Shown in pieces: positions 49,346 to 61,400 of a stretch of DNA of 64,000 nt; the stretch's first letter is position 1, and each line of letters begins with the position of its first letter. Where the stretch lies: positions 46,314,001-46,378,000 of the forward strand of contig NC_059437.1 of the NCBI RefSeq assembly GCF_021028975.2. Direction: 5' to 3'. Under the pieces are notes generated by a model. That model was given only the letters and a program-made list of their open reading frames with translations, made no database searches and was not told the DNA's origin. This stretch comes from Sphaerodactylus townsendi (taxonomy: Eukaryota). The position numbers and the translations under genes were made by a program.

Positions 49346-49968
49346 AATCGGGCTTGGAGCAAAAAAGACAAAAAAGGGCAGGGAAGAGAGAAAAAGAGAA
49401 AATGATGCTGTCGGGTATGACGAACCAGGCCTCTGACTAAAGTCCTGTTGACTAAAACAGTCTCCAAAAGGAGAACAGGAAGTAGAATGTCTTTAAGTAA
49501 AGCTACAGGCAAAAACTGTCTCCAAGTTGCATCAAGTTCAGTAGGATTCCACACAAAGGCCACTTTGTGTTTGAAAATTGAGTTGCCTGCCTGAAGTCAG
49601 GGTTCACTCTGATCTCTCTCCAGATCTGCATATTTTACCACCCAAATAAAAGAAATTTAAATCCCTAGCTTGTAATAGAACTGTAAACAAAAAAATAGAA
49701 AGAAAAGAAAGAAAACTGGGAGAAGGACAGGAGAAAAAGAAAAAAATAGCGGAACCAAGCCAACCTGAATTGGTAAGCGAAGTATTGTTAACTTTTGCAG
49801 AGTCACATGCTTCAGAGACCATAAAGCGTAAATCCCTGTAAACTGAAGCCTGAAGCCATCATTGGAGATGGATTCTGCAGAGACCTCCCCCCAACGCCCC
49901 AAGAGAAATGGAGAAAGCTGTTCATGGAGCAAGAGAAAGCAGGGGCTCAGCCACGGAGAGATGCTTAC

Positions 49969-50247
49969 ACAATTCCGTTTCTTGCATGGGAAGGCTTAGT
50001 TTGAGGGACTGCAACGCTTCCTTCCTAAGAACTATGCCCTCAGCACTAGCTCCCCGAGGCGACTCTAGGTTGGCATGGAAACCAGGCACACCTGGAGCTG
50101 GCTCTTCCCCACGTGGACCGCTGGCAAGATCAAAAGACACAGGGAGATCAGGAAAGGTAGATCCTGGTCCATTCTGGAAAGGGCTCTCCTTGTTTTTCGG
50201 TGCCAGACTCTCTCCGATTGGCACCTTGCTGTCACTTGTGCAAGCAC
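49969..50247 (-). CDS. GOLGA3: GOLGA3 coding exon 2
   Basis: ccccag|GT ... T|gtaagc; 279 nt, phase 1-1; FQNGPGSTFPD...RKEALQSLKLSLPMQETEL. Confidence 0.93.
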
Positions 50248-50879
50248 CTGGGGGAGGAAAAGACAACAATATTGCATTGCTTTATGCAAAAACAGTGATA
50301 GAGGCATGACTGGAGAATGGCACAGATGGAGATGAAAAGGTCTCGAAAAATGCAGGGAAAAAACCTTTTGTGTTCTGTTTTCTAAGAGAGGTGCTCCCTG
50401 TTGCGACCAATGACAAGGACCAAAGATGGGGCTTGGCATAATTCAGCTTCTCACATACAACATCCATTACAAAATCAACAACAGAGGAATAGTAAACTAA
50501 CTCATTTGCCTTTATGCTAGGATGCACAAAGCAACATTAACAGGCCAATGTACAAAGTGTCTTACTAGACCTCCCCCACCTGAACGCAAAGAGACTTGCA
50601 GAGACCATCTAAAAACTTCTGCTTGAAAATATTCTACAAGTGTAAGACATATTGCGGACAAAAAGCTCTAAATTCAAAAACACTGCTGCTCCAAAGCGTA
50701 AGGAATGTATTTTATGGTAGATTTAGGACAATTTTTTTTTACAAAATCTATTTAGCCAGATAGAGCCATAATTACTTATTTAACTAACTTTGGTATTATT
50801 GATTTTATTTTGTGCTCTATTGTATACCTTGTTGTTCACCGCCCTGAGCCCTCCGGGGGAGGGCGGTATACAAGTATAA

Positions 50880-50885
50880 TTAATA

Positions 50886-50926
<41 letters not shown>

Positions 50927-50931
50927 AATAT
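50880..50931. repeat. (ATG)n/(ATA)n microsatellite
   Basis: About 13 gat units, seen directly. Confidence 0.95.
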
Positions 50932-51184
50932 AAGCCAAGAGCGTAAATGGCATTAAAAGCAGGGAGAAGACAAATTTCTGGAGGACAGACCCAGTATATG
51001 ACAACTAAACAGAGCCTCCATGTTCAGAAGAAATATATCAGTTGCTGGGAAGAAATGAGTGGGAGGCTCTCGATCTCTGTGATCGGGCTTATAGTCCTTC
51101 CAGGGGCATTTGACCGGCCTTTGGTCTGATTAGGAAAGTTCTTTTTACATGTTTAAAAATACCCGATTAAAATCAATTGCTTAC

Positions 51185-51305
51185 TCTCAGCGGCATCTCC
51201 TTCTGTGGGCGAATCCAACTTGGCCTCGAGGTCCACAAGCTGTTCAGAACTGCAAGGGGCTCCGCTGCTGGCTGGCTTCTCCAGCAGGAGAACAGATGAG
51301 TCCAT
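51185..51305 (-). CDS. GOLGA3: GOLGA3 coding exon 1 (gene exon 2; its 5'UTR part extends to the acceptor at 51506)
   Basis: gccATGG Kozak at 51305; MDSSVLLLEKP...GDAAE; donor A|gtaagc; 121 nt, phase 1; polypyrimidine acceptor ccccatag at 51507. Confidence 0.8.
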
Positions 51306-52140
51306 GGCAAAGACGCTGGGAATTCTCTCATCAGCTGAATAACTCACTCCCAAGTAAATTACCAAGTCCTTTTTCTCTCCATTGGCGGTGCGGCTACCAC
51401 CAGGCACACAATGCTAACCCCTTTTCATCTGTTATTTTAGAGCAGGCAACTCAATTCAGCACAGTCCGCAGGACATTCAGAAATTCCAGGAGATTATTAA
51501 AGTTGTCTATGGGGGAGACGGGGGAGAAAGTAATTACCAAGATGCATCTCTTTCTAGAAATCACAGACATTTATTTTTAGAAAGCTGTTTTCCAGTCCAA
51601 TCGAATCTGTCATCTATAAAAGCCAGCATGACATTCCTTTGCAGCATAACTGAGAAACAGAAGCTCAGATGAGCCTAGGCAAACTAAAGGGTAGGCTGAC
51701 GTAGGTAGGTACAGACCCAATTCTCAAAAGTTGGGAGCCCCAGGAACATGGAGCTGGTTAAGCTTTGGTCTCAATGGAGTTTACTTACAGAGCAAGACTA
51801 AGAAATGTTGGTGGCAAAAGATGCCATCAAGTCACAGATGATTTATGGTGAACCCATAGGATTTTCGAGGCAAGAGAGATGTTCATAGCTGATTTGCCAT
51901 TGCTTGCCTCTGCATAGTAACCTTGGACCTCCATAGCGATCTCTCATCCAAGAACTAACAGGATGACTATACGGATCAGTCACCACCTCCCAGTCTAACC
52001 TCCTCACAGGGCTGTTGGGAAGATAAAATTAGGAGAGGGGGATAGTGGATGCCAAAAAAATGCTCCGGGACTCTCAGAAATCCTCTGAACCATAGAGAGC
52101 AAAGAATGTATGTAGCCATTGCAGATTAGAAACTAAGGGA

Positions 52141-52211
52141 TGTGTGGAGGGAGGGGGGAAGCAAGGAACCCAGAAACTATGCGTGGAGGGAGGGGGGAAG
52201 CAAGGAACCCA
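52141..52211. repeat. Two-copy direct repeat (39-bp period) gtggagggaggggggaagcaaggaaccca
   Basis: Seen directly. Confidence 0.85.
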
Positions 52212-53251
52212 AAAAAGAGGAGGTCATGACACCTCCTCCCCTTTAATTACTATTTGAAAATCTGGGGTAGCCTAAAAAGTTCCACAAACTTACAGGATTA
52301 CTGATTTGAAAGCCTGTTCCTATACAATGACTGGAGCAAAGGAATCACAAGTCAAGCCACAGTTACAGGGTATACATTTTCATCCCTAATTCATTCTGCC
52401 AGCTGCATTTTATTTTCATCGTCTCTCGCCAAGGGCTAGACCACTTGATCCATTTAGATGCAGTCAGTTTCACTGATAGAGCAACACCGCTTGTTTACTG
52501 CTTCCACACATCCAGTACTGAAACTATCGTACATCATTTTGCAGATGAGTGAATTACTACAAGTCTGGGCACAGTGCGACGAAAGTTCATTGCCACACAA
52601 GGCTGGTCTGCTGGCAGGGAGAGGTTATAGAAAAGCTTTCTTAAAGTTCACTTTTAAAAGAGCCATTAATACCAAATGTACCCCCTGAGACCAAAGGTCT
52701 TTAATATTTCGGTCTGCTGAAGACCCTCTGGAAGCTGTAAAGGATGCTGGGAGGTGAACAAATATGCATCCTTAATTTTGTGGAAAGACAACACATTTTA
52801 CGAGAAAACTGGGGAAGCGCCAGCACCATCAATGCTCTTCTCAGTGAGATAATATCTGAAAAACACTGTCATGGATCACTGGCTGTCGCTTATGGAGAAG
52901 AATGTAACATTAGGAAGCCATTTGTCTCATTGGCTGAGCAGCTACAATGCTACTTGTCATGACAACAAAACAATAGATCTAGGTCAGAATCAGATAATAA
53001 CAGTATCAGATAATAACAGAATCAGATAATAATCAGATAATAACACTCACACAGTACATTCCAAGCACTTCACACACATTATTTCATTAATCCTCAAAAC
53101 AGCCTTGTAAGGTAGACCAGCAATGACACTACAAGAAGGGGTGGTTTGCTACCGGGTGAGCATGTGGCAGAGGTAAAATATGCACAAGGGGCCTCCCAGC
53201 TCATTCACGTAACCAATCTACTATACATGTTTTCCTACTGACTCTCTATAC

Positions 53252-53391
53252 CCGTGGTGGCCAACCTTTGGCACTCCAGATGTTATCGACTACAATTCCC
53301 ATCAGCCAATTGCCCCAATTGGCAATGCTGGCAGGGGCTGATGGGAATTGTAGTCCACAACATCTGGAGTGCCAAAGGTTCGCCACCACTG
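53252..53391. mobile_element. hAT hairpin MITE
   Basis: TIR c.gtggtggc.aacct; TSD ctctatac. Confidence 0.85.
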
Positions 53392-53586
53392 CTCTATACC
53401 AATCTCAGATTACTTAGGTTCTACAATAAAAGAATAAAGATTATCACCACACAAAGTCGCTAGATCAGTCTCTTACACTGGGCTAAAATTATAACTCAAG
53501 GAAACATATACCTTTAAGTAAGTTTTCCTACCATCCCTAGAAAGAACCATTTGAATATCCTATATTATAGTAGGTAATAATAGTAA

Positions 53587-53900
53587 GAAGAACCCCATGA
53601 CACAGAGTAGAAAGCTGCAGTACTGCAATTAAAGCTCTGCTCATGACCCAAGTTCAATCCCAAAGGAAGTCAGATTCAGGTAGCCAGCTCAAGGTTGACT
53701 CAGCCCTCCAACCGTCTGAGGTCGGTAGAACGAGTATGCAGCTTGCTGGGAGTAAAGTGTACATGACTGGGGAAGGCAATGACAAGCCACCCCGTAAACA
53801 CATTCTGCCTAGTAAACATTGTGATCTGAGTCACTCCATGGGTCAGTATTAATGATGACCCGGTGCTTGCACATAGGGCCTTAATAATAGTAATACCTTA
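53587..53900 (+). mobile_element. Sauria SINE (Squam1)
   Basis: aagctgcagtactgc..ctcaaggttgactcagcc.tcca.cc.tctgaggtcggta..ggggaaggcaatg.caa.ccacccc core; flanking duplication aataatagtaa. Confidence 0.8.
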
Positions 53901-55379
53901 ATAATAGTAATGAATGCTATTTATAAAGAAGAGTTTCTGGATTGCACTTTTTAGAAAAGCCCTACCCACTTAATAAAAAGCATCACAAAATTAACTAGAA
54001 GTTAATGCATGTCTTTCCCAAACACTGATGATTTGTATAAAGGTGGGAGGCGGGAGGAAACCAGGGTTCTCATAATAATAGTTTCATATTTGATGACCGG
54101 AAATGAGACTGAAATCTATCTGAAAGTTAATAAAGTACTATCATAGCATCTGACTTCAACAATTTCAGCCACATGTCAAGAAAGTATATGAACTCAAAAT
54201 ATATATACCCCAATAGACATTATATTCATTTATCACATTTTTTATGATGCCTTTCCAGGAACTTGCCCAAGGTGGCTCACAAAATAAAAATAATAAAAAC
54301 AAAAGGATAAACGATATCATTGATGCAATGAGTAGGAGAGAGATAATGTTTGTCACCATTTTTGTGTATTTGTGTGTGTGTGGGGGGGGGGAAGCATCCT
54401 CTACAGAGAAAGAGATACAGGTAGGGTGATGTAAACAAAACAGAAACATGACCTTGGAGACGGATAGAAACAATAAAATAAGTAAGAAGAAAACATCACC
54501 TTGAAGATTTAAGACAACACAAATCTAGCTGATCTTTAGAGTGAAAGAGAATGTGAGAGCCTGACCAGCAATAAGCACGTCGCATCTTCTCTCCAGCATT
54601 TCTCAAAATGATTTAAGAACCAGTGAGGGCCAGAGAGACTTGGGTAGAACCACTGGCCAGCCACGAAAAGGTTCACTGGATAATTCTGGGTCAGTCAATG
54701 TCTCACAACGTAATCTACCTGCTGGAAGTACTACCTGTATGAATACTGAAAGGGTACATCATGCAAATAGCATGCATAGTTATATGCCTGTTTATAGACA
54801 TACTTATATTTTACATATTTATATATGCATATTTAAATGAAATAGCAAACAAGTGTTATATACATCTTGTAGAACCAATAATGTGCAAAAATGTATAGCC
54901 TTCAATTAGATTAAGACTGGGTGTAATATGCACAGGCAATGGCATTTAAAATCACTCCATGGACAGAGTCCTCCCTTGTTTTCAAGGGGCTTGCTTTTTC
55001 AGTTCACACAGAGACAACTGTGAAGATCTGAGCTTGGATTTGGGGCCAAGGCAGGGATGTTTATGTGTTGGGAGGAGGAGTTGGGAGCAGTTTTAACACA
55101 GGGAGAGTACTATGCGTGGGGGGGGGGGGGCACTTACACGCACCTTTTGTGAACTGAGCTGATTGCTGAAGCCAAGAGAAGGATGTACGCAAGAGGACTT
55201 CGACAGAGTTTTGTAGAAGGGAATGGGGGTTGATTTATGTTTGTGGAAGGTGAAGTATGGGGCTATAGAGGAAATGAAGACCTGAACTGGGCTCCAAGCA
55301 GCAAGATCACCTTAGGCAGAGCCTTTGCTGGGGGAAAATCTCAGCTTTAGCAGACGCGAAAGTTTTGAAGACTAGCTGT

Positions 55380-56000
55380 TACAACCGGGGAACGCACAGC
55401 AAGAATAATTTTAGCCCCAGCCTCCCTTCGTGTCCAGCTGCATACTCCCTCCCTCCCTTCCTCCACTCCCTAACTTGGCAGATGCCTCCCACCCACAACC
55501 CAAACAAACGCCAGCTGCAGCCACTGCCCTCCCCCTGCCAGCCCTTCAAGGGGCGCCCCACCCCATACACCCCCAGGCCTTCCCCCTGTCAGCCCCTTCC
55601 CCCTCCGTCCACTGACCTGCCTGCGCTTGAACCTCCTTCCCTCCCTCCTGCCCGAGACGTGGCGCTCCCGGGACCTCTCCGGCAGCCACAGCCAAGCGGT
55701 GCAACACCTTTTGTCTTCCCCCCGGAAACGCCTCCCCGGTTCGGACCCAAGCGGGGCCCTGGCTGTTGGCCAAGTCAGGGGTGGGAATCCCCTTTCTCTA
55801 TCTCAAAGGTCACCCCCAACGACGTGGGGAAAGGAGGGGACGTGAGAGTGACAGAATGGGCGGAATGGCGCCAAAGTGGGTCTGTGTTTCTCCTGAGGGG
55901 GAAGACATTTGGAACCGGACCATCCGGGAGGGACAGCGCTTGTTTGTTTTCAGACGTCATATCATGACTCCGCCCCAGGCAGAGTTTGTTGCCTTTCTGT
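55380..56000 (-). promoter_or_regulatory. GOLGA3 CpG/GC-rich promoter and non-coding exon 1 (donor at 55617/55616)
   Basis: Local CpG island; donor GCAG|gtcagt; ETS CCGGAA (~55722), E2F-like TTTGGCGCCA (55875-55866), CRE-like TGACGTC (55959-55953), ACGTGGC (55657-55663). Confidence 0.7.
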
Positions 56001-56201
56001 TTGGAGGCATTTGGGTTTGGGGTGCCGTTACTGTGGCTCTGCATCGTTTAAAGAAGATTTTTTAAAAATTATTATTATTAATTATTATAATTATAATAAC
56101 TGTTGGTGTTATTTTTAATGACGCAGCTGCCAGTTCTTTAGCTGGTTGTTGGCCTTTCATTACAATTCGAGCCTCACCCAGAGGCCTAGGAGGCTGTAAT
56201 G

Positions 56202-56305
56202 CATTGGTGTCAAACTCGCGGCCCTCCAGATGTTATGGATGCTGGCAGGGGTTGATGGGAACTGTAGTCCATAACATCTGGAAGGCCGCGAGTTTGACAC
56301 CTGTG
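56202..56305. mobile_element. hAT hairpin MITE nested in a Dong element
   Basis: TSD ctgtaatg at 56194-56201 and 56306-56313. Confidence 0.85.
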
Positions 56306-56372
56306 CTGTAATGTGTCGGCATAGTATTCATGCGGATCCCAGCAGGGCTGCCTTCGGAATCTGACAGATGTC

Positions 56373-56668
56373 AGCAGTGGTGTAGGAGGTTAAGAGCTCA
56401 TGTATCTAATCTGGAGGAACCAGGTTTGATTCCCAGCTCTGCCCCCTGAGCTGTGGAGGCTTATCTGGGGAATTCAGATTAGCCTGTGCACTCCCACACA
56501 CGCCAGCTGGGTGACCTTGGGCTAGTCACAGCTTCTCGGAGCTCTCTCAGCCCCACCCACCTCACAGGGTGTTTGTTGTGAGGGGGGAAGGGCAAGGAGA
56601 TTGTAAGCCCCTTTGAGTCTTCTACAGGAGAGAAAGGGGGGATATAAATCCAAACTCTTCTTCTTCTT
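56373..56668 (+). mobile_element. Young full-length Squam3-like SINE nested in a Dong element
   Basis: Near-identical in reverse complement to 44720-45015; (CTT)n tail. Confidence 0.88.
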
Positions 56669-58273
56669 ATCAATTTGCAGATGTTTCAAGCGCTGGCCTA
56701 GTGTTCTCGGAGTGCCGCCCTGGGTGCCAATTACCACTCTCTGTGGCGGAATGGTCTGCCTGAAACTATTATAAAGACCTCCTTGCCCTTTTTATATTGC
56801 AAAATGTGTACAATAGGATTGTTCAGGAGAGCATTCTTGCAGAGGAGTAGAGCTGTGATCTATGATGAAATGGACCAGCTCGGGAGGTGACCTCTACTCG
56901 GGCTAATGCGTGGGGTTTTTTTCAACTTGTACAAACCCAGCCTGGTTTATTTATGCTGTTTGACTAGGGATCTTTGCTTAGACTTAAGTGTTATATTCTG
57001 TAATTCTCTTGCTGATTGACTGAATAGCTTTGTTTTACTTGGAATCTTTGCTATTATATTTAAATATAATTCCATTCAAATGTTATCATATTTTGTAATC
57101 AGCTTATTGGTTGACTGAAGAGTTCTATCGTACTTGTATTCTGCCCTCAGTCCCATTGAGAAAGGTGGATTATAAATGAAAATAAATACATAGATTTTAA
57201 AAAATTATCTAAAAGGTTTGGGTAAAGAGAAAACTCTTCACCTGGCACCTAAGAGCCAACAAGCCCAAAATGAACTTTGAGGACATTTCAAAACCAGAGG
57301 GCCACCCCTGTTCCTATTCACCACTTGGCTCTCTTTTGCAGAAGAGGGCTCTGTGAGCACAGCTTGTGATAAAGTTCTTAACTGGCAGGCAGGACAGTAC
57401 AGGAGAGACAAATCCCTCTGATGATCCCAGGCCATTTAGGGCTTTAAAGATGAACAATAGCGCTTTCAGTTGTGCTTAGTTTATCTTTAGCAGTACTTTC
57501 CAGAGTTGCTTTCCAGAGTTTTTCCACTAGAGGGCATTTAATGTCAGGAGAAGAACTGATTTTAGAATGTTTAGTTTATTATATTTATACCCCGCCCTTT
57601 CCTGGCCTAAGCCAGACTCAGAACAGCTTACACATATAGCTTAAAACATCAAAGCACAATTTCATGTACACAAGTTAAAACTCAGCCTTTAAAACAATAA
57701 CTGATGGTGATTGATCAAGTATCCAAAGGACCTTTGTACCCTAGAATCCATTTTCAACTACATCGCTTATTCCCATTCTTAAATATTGGAATGGGAAGGA
57801 GGGGTGCAGGATTTGGGAGGCCATCATGATGGAACAGAACAGACTTCTGAGCTACCTGTGATAATAACAGGGAGCATCCTCTTCCCTATGTCCTATTTAA
57901 ATCTTCACAGTCAGCCAAGAGGGAACTGTTAGGCAGTTTTATACATCTGCTGGGCCTCTGGTACCTATTTTAAATACTGGCATACGTGGCCTGTGGCTTT
58001 TGTGAAGTGATTTCCACTCACAGGTTGTGCATGAATGTGAATTTGTAGTGGTATTTTTACAGCCTAATTCTTTTGGACTGTGTTGGCCCAAGTTGGTAGC
58101 TTTTCATACAGCAACAGCCTGCAACATATTAAAAGTATTCTCAGTACGCCTAAGAGAAGTGAGAATCAGCCCATAATGTACGATTGTCAACAATATATAT
58201 TATTGCTGCTGCTCTGAGGGAAACGGGGTGATTCCATGCTATAATCATTTTGCATTACTACAGACCATTCCTA

Positions 58274-58414
58274 GGCTCAATCCGCACATTCAGAATAATG
58301 CACTTTCAAACTGCTTTCAGTGCTCTTTGGAGCTGTGCGGAATGGCAAAATCCACTTGCAAACAGTTGTGAAAGTGGTTTGAAAACGCATTATTTTGCCT
58401 GTGCGGAAGGGGCC
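58274..58414. mobile_element. Harbinger-like hairpin MITE
   Basis: Same family as 26791-26931; TSD cta. Confidence 0.75.
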
Positions 58415-61400
58415 CTATTTTCACTTGCAAGCAGAACCAAAACAGTGATTCCATACTGCACTTAATATAGCATTATATTTGCATCAAAATGAATCCTGTA
58501 GGCAAGATCTTACTATATGTTTACTGGGAAGCCCCTTTTCCCTCAATTTCTTTCTTTCTTTCTTTTTTTGGATCCCTTATTATCAGCCCAATTGACTCTT
58601 CTGGTTTTCTCAGGATATTAATGAATCAATAGTTGAATCTGAGTTTTTTCCTGGTTGGGGTGGGGGGTGGGGAGCTTCGGTGCTGCTTTTTTCTTTGTAG
58701 CCAGCTAAAGCCTTCACTTATAATTTTTGTCTCATAATTATTGTCATAGTGCGATACTGAAATTACTATCATAAAAAATAAAATAAAAAAGAAGTAATTG
58801 CTTTGGCTGCCTACAAAGTGAGAAAATACTGCTTTACACCACCAGTTATACATGAATCCTGAAAGCATCACTAACCACAAGAGCAAGGAGATAATTAGGT
58901 AAGCAAAAAAGAAGAGGGGAATTTTCAAAGTATACTAACACTAAGAAGCTCCAGTAGCATCTTGACAATCCAGACAAAATAACCAGGACTCCGATTGCAT
59001 TTTGAGCTTTAAAAAAATTGTCACAATCAGAAAAAAGTGGAGGCAGAAAAACTTGTGAGGCCATACACTGCCAATAAAAGTCACCTGGATGAATGAAAAT
59101 TCATATTAATTTCAGACTCAACAACTAATGTACAACTATCGAATACCAAAGAAATAGACAAGGTGGAAGCACCCTTAATGAACTTAATTATGTGTACAAC
59201 ACAAATTCTTCTCATAAAAAGAGCTGTTTCGATTGAAAGTGGACTTTTTATCCAAATGGTTAAAAATCGTGGGTACTATTCCTTCAGAACTGAGGTGAGA
59301 AACATTTCTACATCCAATTCCAACAAGATGTAAACAGGAATCTTATATGCTCTTCATGGAGCCAGTAGGTGGCTACCTTTCCACATCGGCAGCTATAGAC
59401 TAAGTTCATGCTTTGTGTGCCAAAAATTGCTTTCTACCCAGAGAAAATCCAACCACATTTACACAGTTTTAGCCCCATTAACCCTAGTAACAGAGTTAAT
59501 CACAAGCTTCTGAGTAAGCAGGTGTCAAAACAGGTAATACATCTCTCCCTTCCAGTAAAGTAAATGAGACTGAAATGTACTTAATGGTCTGAATAGTATC
59601 TTACTATGACATGCCCCTAAAGATGCCAGCCATGGAGGCAGGTGAAACATTTTCACTTGTACATTTCTATCTGGTACAAGAGCCATTTAATTCTGGAGTC
59701 TATAACAAGAAGTAGATTTCCAGCCCTGCAAACTTATGCTTCAAAGATCTAATTTTGAGATTTCACAAATGATTACTCCTACATGCTAGTCACGCTCATT
59801 AGACAGCCTTCTGGTGGTACCTGCTTCTAGTATTCTCCTTATGACAACAGTTAGTCACAGTTTTTTGGATAGTGGGTCTACTAGTCTGGAGTGGCTTACA
59901 CTGAGTGGCTGTGGAGACAACAGTTTTGGCACTTGGCCAAAGCGAACTGATTTGGTTGCATTGTTTTAACTTCTGTGTTTGTTTAATTTTGTTGATGAAC
60001 TATTAGGGCTTTTGTAGATGTATCTCAGTGGTAGAACACCTGCTTTGTATGCAGAAGGTCCAAATTCAGATCCCAGCATCTCCAGTTTAAAGATTCAGGT
60101 AGAAGGTGATGCGAACAACCTTAACCTGAGAACCCACTAGCAGTCAAAGTAGAGAATTCTGACCTTATTAGACCGATGGTCTGACTCAGTAGGGGCACTT
60201 CCGCACATGCAGAATAATGCACTTTCTAACCCACTTTTACAATTATTTGCAAGTGGGTTTTGCTATTTCGCACAGTAAAATCCGGCTGTGGAGCTCATTG
60301 AAAGTGGATTGAAAATGCATTATTCTGCATGTGCGAAAGGCAGCTTTATTTGTTTGATTGTTTTTGTGTCCTTGCAGCTTGCATTGCTGACTGCCTTGAA
60401 TCTAGCAGGACAAGGGGGAATAGAATTACTATAAATAAATGTTCTAATTGGTTCCTACATTTTTAAAATTTAGATAAAAATCTTCTTTAGCTGAAATGTA
60501 CTTTCAGTTTTTAAAAAATGGTGCCCTGTGCTTCTGAATACCACATTCGTAAATGACATTTGCCCATCAAAATCTGAATATTGCTCAAGCCACCCCAGAA
60601 AGGGACAAATAACTCATCTTCCAGAGTCCCTTTCGGTCAGGGGAACGGCACAGGTGGGAAATTTGACATACCTGCTCCCCAAGCATCATGGTACCTGTCT
60701 GAATCAGGCCCCATGCCACTTGAACAATTAAGATATGCACACCGGTCGGCATCCTGACTTGACTAATGGCCAGGTGTATCATCCAGTTTGGCCAGTTGTT
60801 TGACAGATGACAGCAGAAAATCTGTTTGTCTTTATTGAAGGTTCTACAAGACTAATTCTTTTTCCCTGCTTACCATATTTGACTTGACTTTAGCGCTATT
60901 TACCCTTCATCTTTGCTCAGTGGTGTTCCAGCACGTGCTTGAATGTCATTAAATAAATGTAAACTTTCACTGCAAATATCTACTCATTTTATTTGATGGA
61001 TCAACTTATTCACTAGAGGCTTTCTTTTTTTTGCTCACGAATGTCAGAAACAACGAACGAAGGGGGGAAAGATGACAGACACGGAACCCTAAAACAGCTT
61101 TCATTGATATCCTGTTTTTTCCCCCAACAGGATCCCCAAAGCATCTTAAAACCCTGTTGCCCTCTGCTCTGTTTTATAGCAACAGCCCCGTGAGGGAGTT
61201 GAGGCTCAGAGAAAATGATTAGTTCAAGGTCAGCCAACAAGCTTCTGTGGCAAAGTGGGAATTCAAAATTGCATCTGTCAGATTCTAATCTAACATTCTA
61301 GTCACTATGAAGTGCTTGCTATCTTAACAGCCAGTGGCGGTGACTGATTTATCACTTTGCTCATTCTTTGCATTTCTATCTCTCCTTTCTTCCAATATGG

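Larger units (their letters stand above)
17734..51305 (-). other. GOLGA3: GOLGA3 (golgin subfamily A member 3 / golgin-160) gene, 23 coding exons; three exons carry indel patches in this sequence
   Basis: Spliced translation follows golgin-160 from end to end (KEALQSLKLSLPMQETEL; AMTKEYSFLRTSVPRGPK; long coiled coil; KIPDCPVPAALLEELL; QEMDSLQRQMEEH). Exon phases agree except at the frameshifted exons. Confidence 0.97.
56069..56738 (-). mobile_element. Second Dong/R4 3' fragment, interrupted by a hAT MITE and a SINE
   Basis: Colinear with 451-665 once the inserts at 56202-56305 and 56373-56668 are removed; (TAA)n tail at ~56069-56100; VIGTQGGTPRTLGQRLKHLQID. Confidence 0.75.

Noticed and set aside
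17734-51305. GOLGA3 as a true pseudogene or an RNA-edited cryptogene
   Set aside because: Twenty of 23 coding exons and all splice sites are intact. The lesions are clustered, insertion-biased, of mixed base identity, and also occur in neighbouring repeats, which favours sequence error.
52986-53045. Short cagataataacag repeats as a CRISPR-like array
   Set aside because: This is a simple degenerate minisatellite in eukaryotic DNA with no unique spacers.
55365-55967. 200-aa Pro-rich plus-strand ORF
   Set aside because: Non-ATG start, and the composition reflects the C-rich strand of the GOLGA3 promoter island.
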